The position numbers were made by a program, and so were the translations under genes. Below, piece by piece: positions 1-8,344 of a stretch of 64,000 nucleotides of DNA; position 1 is the first letter of the stretch; every line of letters begins with the position of its first letter. Location of the stretch: positions 30,454 through 94,453 of the forward strand of contig CALWBQ010000037.1 in NCBI GenBank assembly GCA_944376125.1. Reading direction: 5' to 3'. Under the pieces are notes generated by a model. That model was not told the DNA's origin and did no database searches. It was given only the letters and a program-made list of their open reading frames with translations. The stretch is from an uncultured Lachnospiraceae bacterium (GTDB lineage Bacteria; Bacillota; Clostridia; Lachnospirales; Lachnospiraceae).

Positions 1-894
1 AAATGAGTGGGACAGCCATGCATAACCGCCGTGGTTCTCACCTGTAATGAATTCTTTATCGATGATCCCCTTATCGTACCAGTCGCGAAGAACAGCCAAA
101 GCCTCTTTCGCCTCGGGACGAATGTAGGGGAAGAATGGGACATTATCCTCGCCCAACTGCATTTCTTCTACCGTAAACCCAGGGAATCCCCCTGTAACAC
201 ACCGCAGGCCAAACGCCCCAAATACAGCTCCGAAAGCCCTCTCTGCCATACCTGCCGTATCTTTCTTCCCATTTCCGTCCGGATCCTGTTCTACAAATGC
301 AGTTAGTACCTCTTCATACTCGTCCAGAGTTTCCGGCACTTCCAGCCCCAGCTTATCCAGCCAGTCTTTCCTCCAGATCATTGCCATGGGATAGACTTTA
401 GTAGTATTTACAATTCCATAGTTCTTTCCATTATACATCATGGTCTGCCACGCAGTCCCATCATCAGCCTCGTCAATGGCCTTTGCGTAGTTGGGCGCCT
501 TCTCGCGGATCAACTCAATTGGAAGCTCCGCCACGATGCCGCCTTCTACATAAGTAGGAAGGAGCGCCAGATTATCAATTACCATAACATCCGGCATCTC
601 GCCGCCCGCAAACCGCACATTCAGATTTTCCTGGAAATTAGCAGAATCCACATACCATCCTTTCAGATCGATTCCAAATCTCTCTTCAATTTGTTTTACC
701 ACTTCAGCATCGTCGTCCACCTCAGCATTGGTCTGTCCAGGCAGAAAACTTAATTGTACTACATCTTCCCCATTTTCTCCTGAAGTCTCTGTCGCGGGTG
801 TGCCATCTGAGGCTCCTCCTTTGCATCCTGCCAATGCGGATACTGTCAGAATAGAAACCAACATTCTTGCTGCTAAACGTTTCGCCTTTTTCAT
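1..894 (-). CDS. ABC transporter extracellular solute-binding lipoprotein (family 1, sugar-type), 3' end runs off the window
   Basis: Not in the ORF track because it is open at the left edge. My reverse-strand translation from the ATG at 892-894 gives MKKAKRLAARMLVSILTVSALAGCKGG... (signal peptide plus lipobox LAGC). It then reads ...DLKGWYVDSANFQENLNVRFAGGEMPDVMVIDN...DPDGNGKKDTAGMAEG... with no stops down to base 1. An RBS GGAGGG lies upstream. Confidence 0.7.
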   Translation of the reverse strand, partial: MKKAKRLAARMLVSILTVSALAGCKGGASDGTPATETSGENGEDVVQLSFLPGQTNAEVDDDAEVVKQIEERFGIDLKGWYVDSANFQENLNVRFAGGEMPDVMVIDNLALLPTYVEGGIVAELPIELIREKAPNYAKAIDEADDGTAWQTMMYNGKNYGIVNTTKVYPMAMIWRKDWLDKLGLEVPETLDEYEEVLTAFVEQDPDGNGKKDTAGMAERAFGAVFGAFGLRCVTGGFPGFTVEEMQLGEDNVPFFPYIRPEAKEALAVLRDWYDKGIIDKEFITGENHGGYAWLSHSF

Positions 895-1232
895 AAAATC
901 CCTCCTGTTTTTTCTTCATTCGGCTGTTCGCTTTACCGGCAGTGTATCACAGGACGTTTCTTTCCACAATTTGTACTTTTTTGTAAAAATACCATTTTTT
1001 TGCAGTGTGTTTTTCCTCTATATTCTGTGGTATTTTGCTGGTTTTTCCTGTAAAAGCCCTGATTTTTCTCGTTTTTTCCGGCATATCCAGTTCCCGTTCT
1101 CCAAAATAATAACATTTTGCAAAAAAGTATCGTTGAGCCGTTTTCTTTTCCATTTTATAATCGGTTTCATACCGGTAAGGAATATTTTCTATAAATGTTT
1201 CTGCCACAAAGGCAAAAGGAGGAACTTATATT

Positions 1233-3335
1233 ATGCAGATACCCATTGACGAACGCGCCATAGCAGACAGCCAGGTCTTCCAGGCTCTGGATCTGAACCA
1301 TCCGGGACTGGAGCAGGTAAAATCACATTTTGAAAAAGGTGATCTCGCCCGGGCCAAGAGATGTCTGCTGCAATATTTCGAGACCCGAAATCAACCTCAT
1401 TACTTTTTTGACTACCGCAGTCTTCCTCTGACCCCCATCGAGACCGATGAGAATCCCTACGTTTTCCAGTCCTCCCTGGGGCTCACCGGGAGTCTGAAAG
1501 AATTTTGCCTTTACGCCGGGGAAAAAATGGCCGAGGACCACATCTACGTGATTCCCGGAAAGGGGCGGGGCGAAATTCCTCTGGGAAAGGATTTTGAAAC
1601 CCCTCTCCATTTCAGCTTCCTGAAGGATAAGGGAAAGAGATTTAATAATCTCAATCTGTTTGTCCGAGGAACTGTGTTTGAGTATCTCTATGTCCTATAC
1701 CATGAGACAGGAAACCGCGATGTTCTCTCTGCTTTCGAGGACTTTCTCCGCTTTTTCCTGAACACCTACCCTCTTGTGATCTGCAATACCGATCCGGATG
1801 CCGCCAGATTTCAGTTTGAAGATGACCGGGATGTCATGAGCGCAGGGTTCCTGACTCTCTCATATACCGGGCTGCTCTATACACGCATTCCCTATGAAAT
1901 AGATCCCGATCTGGCATTCGAAATCATCAAGCGGATCTGGTTCATCGGTATCCAGTACCGGCGATTCGATAAAGATTCCTACCGCCCCTACAATCACCAC
2001 ATGTGGGAGCGCGGGCTGGTTCCCTTTATGCTGGGAACCATGTTCCCTGAATTTCCTGATTTTGCTCCTATGAAAGACATCGGGGCAAAAGTGATCTGCC
2101 AGCACGTAAAAGATGATTTTAATGAAGCCGGCGGGTACAATGAACACTCCATCGCCTACTGGTCCGGCGCTGCCCTGGGGGAAATGCTTTACAGAGGAAT
2201 CTACCTGGCCAGAGTCAACCATGAGGCCCTCCTGGATGCGGAATCTGAAAAGCGGCTGACCGCTTCTTTTCAGATTTTAGCTCAGATTGCTCCTCCGCAG
2301 GAACGCTACCCTTCTCTAGGAGACAATCAGGGGCCCGAAATTTCTCCTATTTTAATGCTGGGTGTCAAAGCGTTTCATCACCCTGCCTGCCGTGAGGTTT
2401 TGGACATCCGGGCTGGAAGGTTGCAAACTGTGCAGGCCGCTCCTCTGGACTACTGCAGCGATCAGGCAGGCTTCGTCTGCGGTAAAAGCGGGTACAGCCC
2501 GGATGCCAACTATTTCCTGATGTCTGCCAAAAATAACTGCGGATACACTGGCCACAACCACATGGACATGCTCTCCCTGTTTATCACGCTCCACGGGGCT
2601 TCCATCGTAGAGGAGCCGGATTCCGGTCTTCTCTACCACAAGGTCCGTCTGGGCAGCCCCCATCGGGGATATATGTACAATATGACTTCCCACAACACGA
2701 TTCTGGCCTTTGGAAATCCCATTGCGCCGGACGCCATGTATGCCGACAGCTGGGGCGTTTACCGTCCTGACAGCCCGGTATCTGCATTCATCAGCAGACC
2801 GGAAGGCATGTTTGTGGAAGCCTTCCATCAAGCCTACACCTTCTGCCGCCACAACCGCAGTGTGCTGTTCAGCCGGAAAAACGGACTGATCGTCCGTGAC
2901 AGCATTGACAGAGGGAACCGGTTCCCGGCAGACCACATCCAGCGGTGGCATCTGGCTAAAAATGTAACCGTAAAAGAACTGGGGGAACGGGCTCTGCTTC
3001 TGTCTGCAGGCAAAGTGCAGGTGCTCTGTATCTGGAACCGCTCTGTCTCCCTGCGTATATGGAAAAATACAATTCTCTGCCCGGAAATCATTCCCGATCC
3101 CAATAATCTGTCCACTGTCATCGACCTTTCTTTCCGCGGAGAGAAGGATGAAACGCTGGACTATGAATCCACTGCTCTGTCCACCGCATTTCTAGATGTC
3201 ACAGGCCGCTGGACGGAATCTCTGGACTTAGGGGAGTTGGAACGCCGGCTCTTCCCGCTGGCGGAGTCTTCGGACATAGAAAAAGCAATCCGGGACTTTG
3301 ACCGGATTGCAATTACTAACAATATTGTTAAATAA
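1233..3335 (+). CDS. heparinase II/III family polysaccharide lyase-like protein
   Basis: 700-aa ORF with RBS AAAGGAGG 8 nt upstream. The N-terminal region looks like an alpha/alpha toroid. The central GHNHMDMLS motif and C-terminal beta-rich region are typical of heparinase II/III (alginate lyase-like) proteins. Confidence 0.7.
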   Translation: MQIPIDERAIADSQVFQALDLNHPGLEQVKSHFEKGDLARAKRCLLQYFETRNQPHYFFDYRSLPLTPIETDENPYVFQSSLGLTGSLKEFCLYAGEKMAEDHIYVIPGKGRGEIPLGKDFETPLHFSFLKDKGKRFNNLNLFVRGTVFEYLYVLYHETGNRDVLSAFEDFLRFFLNTYPLVICNTDPDAARFQFEDDRDVMSAGFLTLSYTGLLYTRIPYEIDPDLAFEIIKRIWFIGIQYRRFDKDSYRPYNHHMWERGLVPFMLGTMFPEFPDFAPMKDIGAKVICQHVKDDFNEAGGYNEHSIAYWSGAALGEMLYRGIYLARVNHEALLDAESEKRLTASFQILAQIAPPQERYPSLGDNQGPEISPILMLGVKAFHHPACREVLDIRAGRLQTVQAAPLDYCSDQAGFVCGKSGYSPDANYFLMSAKNNCGYTGHNHMDMLSLFITLHGASIVEEPDSGLLYHKVRLGSPHRGYMYNMTSHNTILAFGNPIAPDAMYADSWGVYRPDSPVSAFISRPEGMFVEAFHQAYTFCRHNRSVLFSRKNGLIVRDSIDRGNRFPADHIQRWHLAKNVTVKELGERALLLSAGKVQVLCIWNRSVSLRIWKNTILCPEIIPDPNNLSTVIDLSFRGEKDETLDYESTALSTAFLDVTGRWTESLDLGELERRLFPLAESSDIEKAIRDFDRIAITNNIVK

Positions 3336-3346
3336 TCAGGTGCAAA

Positions 3347-4033
3347 ATGGAATCAGCAACTTTAGTTTATGAAAATGCTCTGGCCTGTCCCAATGATATT
3401 CGTTCTTTTATTCTGGAAGGCGAGGCAAAAATTTCGTTTGAACAGGGGCATATGCGTATGCAAAATACGCTGCCCCGCAGTTTGGGGCAAAAAGCTAATT
3501 TCGTGCTGTGGTGTCCCATCACATTTCCCGCTGATATACTCATCCAGTGGGAGTTTCGCCCTCTCAGCGACATAGGACTTTGTATGCTCTTCTTTGCTGC
3601 AAACGGTTTGGACGGAAAAGATCTCTTTGATCCTTCCCTCGCCCCCCGGACTGGCGAATATGTGCAGTATTATGATGGAGATATTAATGCCTTTCATATA
3701 TCCTATTTTCGCAGAAAAGAACCGGATGAGCGCGTCTTTCACACCTGTAATCTCAGGAAAAGCAAAGGGTTTCATCTTGTAGCTCAAGGGGCGGATCCTA
3801 TTCCTGGTGCTGACGACATAAAAAATTTTTATCAGATCACGCTTAAAAAGCAGGCTGGGCAGATTCAGTTTTTTATCAATGGCCTTTCAATCTTCTCTTA
3901 TCAAGACGACGGCCACACCTATGGGCCTCTGTTGGGAAGCGGAAAGATCGGCTTTCGGCAACTTGCTCCGCTTACTGCAGAATATCGAAATTTCAAAGTT
4001 TACTCTCTCAACATTAAGGAGGCGATCTTATGA
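3347..4033 (+). CDS. DUF1961 (YesU-like) concanavalin-type protein
   Basis: 228 aa with no signal peptide. Size and motifs (ISYFRR, GKIGFRQ...EYRNFKVY) resemble YesU-type proteins that co-occur with YesL and polysaccharide lyase genes. Family assignment is from memory only. Confidence 0.45.
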   Translation: MESATLVYENALACPNDIRSFILEGEAKISFEQGHMRMQNTLPRSLGQKANFVLWCPITFPADILIQWEFRPLSDIGLCMLFFAANGLDGKDLFDPSLAPRTGEYVQYYDGDINAFHISYFRRKEPDERVFHTCNLRKSKGFHLVAQGADPIPGADDIKNFYQITLKKQAGQIQFFINGLSIFSYQDDGHTYGPLLGSGKIGFRQLAPLTAEYRNFKVYSLNIKEAIL

Positions 4034-4662
4034 ACAGTTTATTCTCAATCAACAGCCCTCTCTGGAGGTTTATGGACAAGGCCCTGCGGCTGATATGGCT
4101 CAATCTGCTGTGGCTTGTATGCTGCCTCCCCATTGTGACCATCGGGGCTGCCACTACGGCCCTGTACTCTGTTACGCTGAAATATGCGCGGGACGAAGAG
4201 GGCTATCTGACCCGCAGCTTTTTCCATGCCTTCCGTCAGAATTTCCGCCAGTCAACCATTATCTGGCTGATTTTGGCCTCCATTGGCATTCTGCTGGGCC
4301 TGGATCTGGTTATCTACCTCAGGGCATCCGCTGTAAGCCCTGCCGAATCTGCCCTGATGCTGATTTTCTTCACCGCGGTGCTGCTGTATCTGTTTATCAG
4401 CCTGTACGTCTACGCTATGGTCGCTCATTTTAAAAATACGGTCGGCCAGTACATGAAAAGCGCCCTGATTTTGTCCATCTGCCACTGGCCGGCCAGTATA
4501 CTTATGATTACCGGCGGTGTTGCATTCTTCTTAGCCGGAATGCTTGTCTTTCCCCCGCTGCTCTTCGTGGGAACCGCAGGCTTCTCCTACCTGTGCTCGA
4601 AATACTTTAACCGCTTATTTGACCGCCTGGCCAAGACCCAGACTGCCTCCCTGCCGGCATAA
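4030..4662 (+). CDS. YesL/DUF624 family membrane protein
   Basis: The ATGA start overlaps the previous stop. The N-terminus ...FMDKALRLIWLNLLWLVCCLPIVTIGAATTALY... and about 5 TM segments are typical of DUF624. Confidence 0.65.
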   Translation: MNSLFSINSPLWRFMDKALRLIWLNLLWLVCCLPIVTIGAATTALYSVTLKYARDEEGYLTRSFFHAFRQNFRQSTIIWLILASIGILLGLDLVIYLRASAVSPAESALMLIFFTAVLLYLFISLYVYAMVAHFKNTVGQYMKSALILSICHWPASILMITGGVAFFLAGMLVFPPLLFVGTAGFSYLCSKYFNRLFDRLAKTQTASLPA

Positions 4663-4671
4663 CGGGGGGCC

Positions 4672-5439
4672 TCACAGCACACGAATGATCTTGGTGGGTT
4701 CCCTGTAGTTCCAGTTGGAAATCTTCACCCCCGTCTTTTCTGTGGATGCATGGACTACTTGCCCGTTTCCTATGTACAGTGCCACATGATTGATCCGGCC
4801 TCCGCTGCTGTAAAAAACCAGATCGCCCGGCCGGATCTCTGCTGCCGATACCGCTCTTCCCTGAGACGCCTGTCCCCTGGAAGAACGGTTGAGCTGCACT
4901 CCAGCTCCATGCTTCATCACATAACTGGTAAAGCCAGAGCAGTCTACCCCTGTCCGGGGATCATTCCCGCCATAGACATAGCGGCTGCCTACCAACTGCA
5001 GCGCCAGCTCTACTACCTGGTTTCTGGCTGCGGCACTTTTGTCAATCTTCTCAGTGACTGTCTCCAGCACAGAGGCCCCTTCTGATGTTTTTAAATATCC
5101 CCTTCCGCTGTCTGTATCCACCAGCACCCAGCCTCCGGCGAGATGTCCCAAGACCTGGAATGTCTCGCCTTTTTTGGCTGTCCAAATGACAGGAACATTT
5201 TCATTCGCACTTTTGTATATATTCACTTCAGGCGCGTCGATCCGGCACACATACCCCACCGTCGTGTAGACGCTGGCCTCCCTCGCCGGATCTGCCTCCA
5301 GCTTGGGAGCACCGTAAACTGTCATCGGCCCTGCCTGTATCGCATCATTTGTAAAAGGAACTGCAGCCGGTCCTGCTGCTGCCAAAAAAACACCCAAAAC
5401 AGCAGCCGTTATCCGGCCTGGACTTAAAAATCTCTTCAT
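4672..5439 (-). CDS. secreted NlpC/P60 peptidoglycan endopeptidase with SH3-like domain
   Basis: Signal peptide present. The C-terminal catalytic core reads YVYGGNDPRTGVDCSGFTSYV...HVALYIGNGQVVHAS (Cys-His-His triad pattern). Confidence 0.85.
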   Translation of the reverse strand: MKRFLSPGRITAAVLGVFLAAAGPAAVPFTNDAIQAGPMTVYGAPKLEADPAREASVYTTVGYVCRIDAPEVNIYKSANENVPVIWTAKKGETFQVLGHLAGGWVLVDTDSGRGYLKTSEGASVLETVTEKIDKSAAARNQVVELALQLVGSRYVYGGNDPRTGVDCSGFTSYVMKHGAGVQLNRSSRGQASQGRAVSAAEIRPGDLVFYSSGGRINHVALYIGNGQVVHASTEKTGVKISNWNYREPTKIIRVL

Positions 5440-5480
5440 AAAAAAATCTCCTGCTTTTTAGTCTTCACCTCGTTTCAAAT

Positions 5481-5506
5481 GTTACATAAATGTTACATTT
5501 GTTACA
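5481..5506 (-). promoter_or_regulatory. three TGTAAC direct repeats, two of them an exact WalR-type TGTWAH-N5-TGTWAH site
   Basis: The minus strand reads TGTAAC-AAA-TGTAAC-ATTTA-TGTAAC. The last two hexamers (5481-5497) match the WalR/YycF consensus exactly. The site lies between the predicted -10 box and the RBS of the NlpC/P60 gene. Confidence 0.45.
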
Positions 5507-5512
5507 AAATTG

Positions 5513-5541
5513 AGTATACTGGAAAACTGGAAAATTGTCAA
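5513..5541 (-). promoter_or_regulatory. sigma-A type promoter of the NlpC/P60 gene
   Basis: The minus strand reads TTGACA (5541-5536), a 17-nt spacer, then TATACT (5518-5513). Confidence 0.6.
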
Positions 5542-5597
5542 GGCTGGAAACCTCCTGCGGCACCTTCCATTTGTTTCCAGAAAGTCAGGCTTTCTGC

Positions 5598-5641
5598 AAG
5601 AAACAGGCGCCCCTTCTGCCTTTTCAGACAGTCGGGGCGCC
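5598..5641 (-). terminator. intrinsic terminator after the cell-wall-binding protein gene
   Basis: GGCGCCCC / GGGGCGCC stem (5606-5613 and 5634-5641), followed on the minus strand by TGTTTCTT. Confidence 0.5.
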
Positions 5642-5676
5642 CATGACGGCAATTAGTTAAATTTTAAGTGAGAAAA

Positions 5677-7206
5677 TCAGTCAACAATCTCATCAAAGGT
5701 TGCTTTGTAACCTGTGCTCTCATTTCCGATTCTGTAGCGGATGCCATCGATCTCAACAGTTCCGCTTCTTCTTACAGAGCCGCTGCTGTTGACAACAATA
5801 GTAGTTCCAGCCTTGATCAACGGTTCGATCGGGTTCTCTGCGGTACCCATGTTGCCATCCTCATAGATGTCGGCCTCGGTAGTATACAGCATGTAGCGGC
5901 TTCCGTCCTCCGCCTCTACTCTGCGGCCATTCTCATCGTAGATACTGCCTCTTACGTAAGCGTTGGTATAAGCCTGGCCATTGTTTCTGAAGTAGTAGGT
6001 GAACTGCTCGCCTTCGTTATCATAGGTTACTCTGCCGGTCTGCATAGCACCCTCACTGGAGCCATCTTCCTCGCTGAAGTAGTAGATTCCGCCAGCAGCC
6101 AGGTCGGTTCCGCCTACCCGGTTAGCAGCGTCGGACAGTCTCACAACGCCGGTGATCATACGGCCATCATTGTTGAACAGGAAGGTCTGGTTGCGGATAA
6201 CTCTTGCAGCTACGCCTTCATAGTCTGTTCCATCGAACTCATCGGTTGCGGTGGAATCCAAACCGTCTGTATCCTTGCCCTGGTCGTTGAATGCCTCGCC
6301 TCTGGTACTCAGATAGAACCAGTGCTGATCGCCCTCTTCATCTACGTCTGAAGGATCATAGGTGTAGATCCATCCGGTTCTTCTGTGGCCGATATCATCC
6401 GTGTAGAATGCATGTGCGTCAGAAGCAACCTCAGCGGTGGAACTGCTGATGCCAGGAGTACCCTGCACCCATCTGTCATCCATTGCGCCTTCTTCATCAA
6501 AGGTATAGTACTGGCCATTGATGTAGCTGGTTCTGTTGCGGTGTGCACGGCCGTTGGTGCCGAACCAGAACCATGCCTCGTCCTCATACGGCTCGTCGCC
6601 GTAGTCAGCAGTCTCCGGCTTTACTAAATACTGCCAGCCGGTAGCAGCCCAGCCTTCATTCTCATCATTAAAGTAGTATCTGGCAACGCTTCCGCTGTTC
6701 AGGGTAATATCCTGCCAGCCGCTGAGCATATGGCCTTCCTCGTCAAATGCGAAGGTTCCTCTGTTCTCGCCGTTGGTGCCGTAAGGGATATTGGTAAAGA
6801 CCTTAGCATCGTCCTCGCCTCTTCTGGCCTTTCCGTTAGAGCCGAAGAAATACCAGATGGTGGAAACATCTTCCTGATCGGTGCACTCATTGTCACCCTC
6901 ATTATCTACAGAAACCCAGGTGTTGGCAACTCTTGCGCCGTTGGCATCTACATAATACTTATCATCGTTGGAGCCGGAGATCACAATCTGGTCTCTTGCC
7001 ATGTACCCGTCGCTGTCCAGATAGAACCAGTTATTTCCACTCTTTTTCCAGGTATCGGTTTCTCTGTTGCCGTCGCGGTCCAGATATACCCAGTCTTCAC
7101 CCTCCTGCTCCCAATGAGCAGTAGCAGCGAAGGAGGTCATAGACGCGCCGATTGCAAACAGGGCTGCTGCAGATAAAACTGCAGCAAACTTGGTCTGCTT
7201 TCTCAT
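5677..7206 (-). CDS. secreted cell-wall-binding repeat protein (CW_binding_1 / choline-binding-like repeats), paralogue A
   Basis: Signal peptide MRKQTKFAAVLSAAALFAIGASMTSFA. Repeated aromatic GW/YY modules occur (WKKSGNNWFYLDSDGYM, YYVDANGARV, WYFFGSNGKA, WFWFGTNGRA and others). Confidence 0.8.
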   Translation of the reverse strand: MRKQTKFAAVLSAAALFAIGASMTSFAATAHWEQEGEDWVYLDRDGNRETDTWKKSGNNWFYLDSDGYMARDQIVISGSNDDKYYVDANGARVANTWVSVDNEGDNECTDQEDVSTIWYFFGSNGKARRGEDDAKVFTNIPYGTNGENRGTFAFDEEGHMLSGWQDITLNSGSVARYYFNDENEGWAATGWQYLVKPETADYGDEPYEDEAWFWFGTNGRAHRNRTSYINGQYYTFDEEGAMDDRWVQGTPGISSSTAEVASDAHAFYTDDIGHRRTGWIYTYDPSDVDEEGDQHWFYLSTRGEAFNDQGKDTDGLDSTATDEFDGTDYEGVAARVIRNQTFLFNNDGRMITGVVRLSDAANRVGGTDLAAGGIYYFSEEDGSSEGAMQTGRVTYDNEGEQFTYYFRNNGQAYTNAYVRGSIYDENGRRVEAEDGSRYMLYTTEADIYEDGNMGTAENPIEPLIKAGTTIVVNSSGSVRRSGTVEIDGIRYRIGNESTGYKATFDEIVD

Positions 7207-7464
7207 AATAAATGCACTCTCCTTTTTCTTTTTGAATCTCTTTTGAAATTCCTAATTGCATTACGGGGAAATTATACTTCCAATAAAAGAAATTATCACG
7301 AGTTGCGAGATTAAATGACCAGAGTATTCGATATATTAAAGTAATTCTTTATATTTTCCGAATTGATTGTACTTTTTATCATTTTAGGATTATACTGGTA
7401 GTATCGCTGGCCGTTTTAGATTCTGTCTGTCAAAAATACATTTATCTTGAAAGGAGTGCTATGC

Positions 7465-8334
7465 ATGAATTCTCTTTTAATACAGTCATCGGTCACCTGC
7501 CCGCTGGCAAGTTCCGCAGACGGTGACGCCGATCTCTCTGAGTTTCAGCTCTACCTCATCCGCCGCAATATGGCTGGCAATACCATTCGGGTCTATCTTT
7601 ATGCAATCCGCCAGTTCTTTTGGCTGTTTTCGATGCTCTCCGCCTCCAATCTTCAGCTGTACAAGCTGTATCTCCTGGAGCACTACAAAGTACAGACTGT
7701 CAATCTGAGGGTGCGGGCTGTCAACTGCTATCTGGAATTCCGGAACATTTCAGGCTGCCGCCTGTCTATGGTCAAAAGCCAGCAGAAGACTTATCTGGAG
7801 CGGGTCATCAGTGAGGCAGACTATGAATACCTGAAAGCCTGCCTGCAGCGCGACGGAAATCTTCTATACTATTTTGCTGTCAGGTATATGGCCGCCACAG
7901 GTGTCAGAGTCAGCGAGCTTGTCCAGATCGAGACCGGGGACGTGGGACGGGGATATAAGGATCTGTTCTCCAAAGGCAATAAAAGCCGCCGGATCTACAT
8001 CCCCACCGGCCTCTGCCAGGATACGCTCCGCTGGATCCAACGGGAATGCCGCCCCACCGGACCCGTTTTCCTAAACCGGTATGGCCGCCCTCTCTCCCCG
8101 TCTGGCATACGCTGTCAGCTGAAACATTTTGCCTTCCGCTACGGCATGGATCCGGCTGTCGTATACCCCCACTCGTTCCGCCACCGTTTCGCCAAGAGTT
8201 TTATCGAACACGGCGGAGACATTGCTTTTCTCTCCGACCTCCTGGGACATGAAAGCATCGAAACCACCCGCATCTATCTGCGCCGTTCCAGCAGCGAGCA
8301 GGCCCGGCTAGTCAACGAGATCGTAGACTGGTAG
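7465..8334 (+). CDS. tyrosine site-specific recombinase (XerC/XerD-like) 1
   Basis: The track ORF starts at a TTG at 7447. The ATG at 7465 has RBS AAAGGAG 8 nt upstream. Catalytic motifs are present: ATGVRVSEL (Arg), HSFRHRFAK (His-x-x-Arg), LGHESIETTRIYL (His and Tyr). Confidence 0.85.
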   Translation: MNSLLIQSSVTCPLASSADGDADLSEFQLYLIRRNMAGNTIRVYLYAIRQFFWLFSMLSASNLQLYKLYLLEHYKVQTVNLRVRAVNCYLEFRNISGCRLSMVKSQQKTYLERVISEADYEYLKACLQRDGNLLYYFAVRYMAATGVRVSELVQIETGDVGRGYKDLFSKGNKSRRIYIPTGLCQDTLRWIQRECRPTGPVFLNRYGRPLSPSGIRCQLKHFAFRYGMDPAVVYPHSFRHRFAKSFIEHGGDIAFLSDLLGHESIETTRIYLRRSSSEQARLVNEIVDW

Positions 8335-8344
8335 GAGGTGTACA

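Noticed and set aside
728-1249. Several ORFs (7-306, 722-919, 728-1249, 933-1207) in the first 1.2 kb.
   Set aside because: They overlap, out of frame or antisense, the solute-binding protein gene, or they lie in the T-rich divergent promoter region. Their translations are Phe/Lys-rich nonsense.
7207-7446. Inverted repeats that could define an invertible promoter between the surface-protein gene and the recombinases.
   Set aside because: Only short or imperfect matches were found by eye, for example TAAAAGAAATTA at 7284-7295 against the complement of 7339-7350 (about 9/12), and an ATACT/AGTAT mini-hairpin. That is not enough to annotate an inverton. It is kept as a hypothesis in the findings only.
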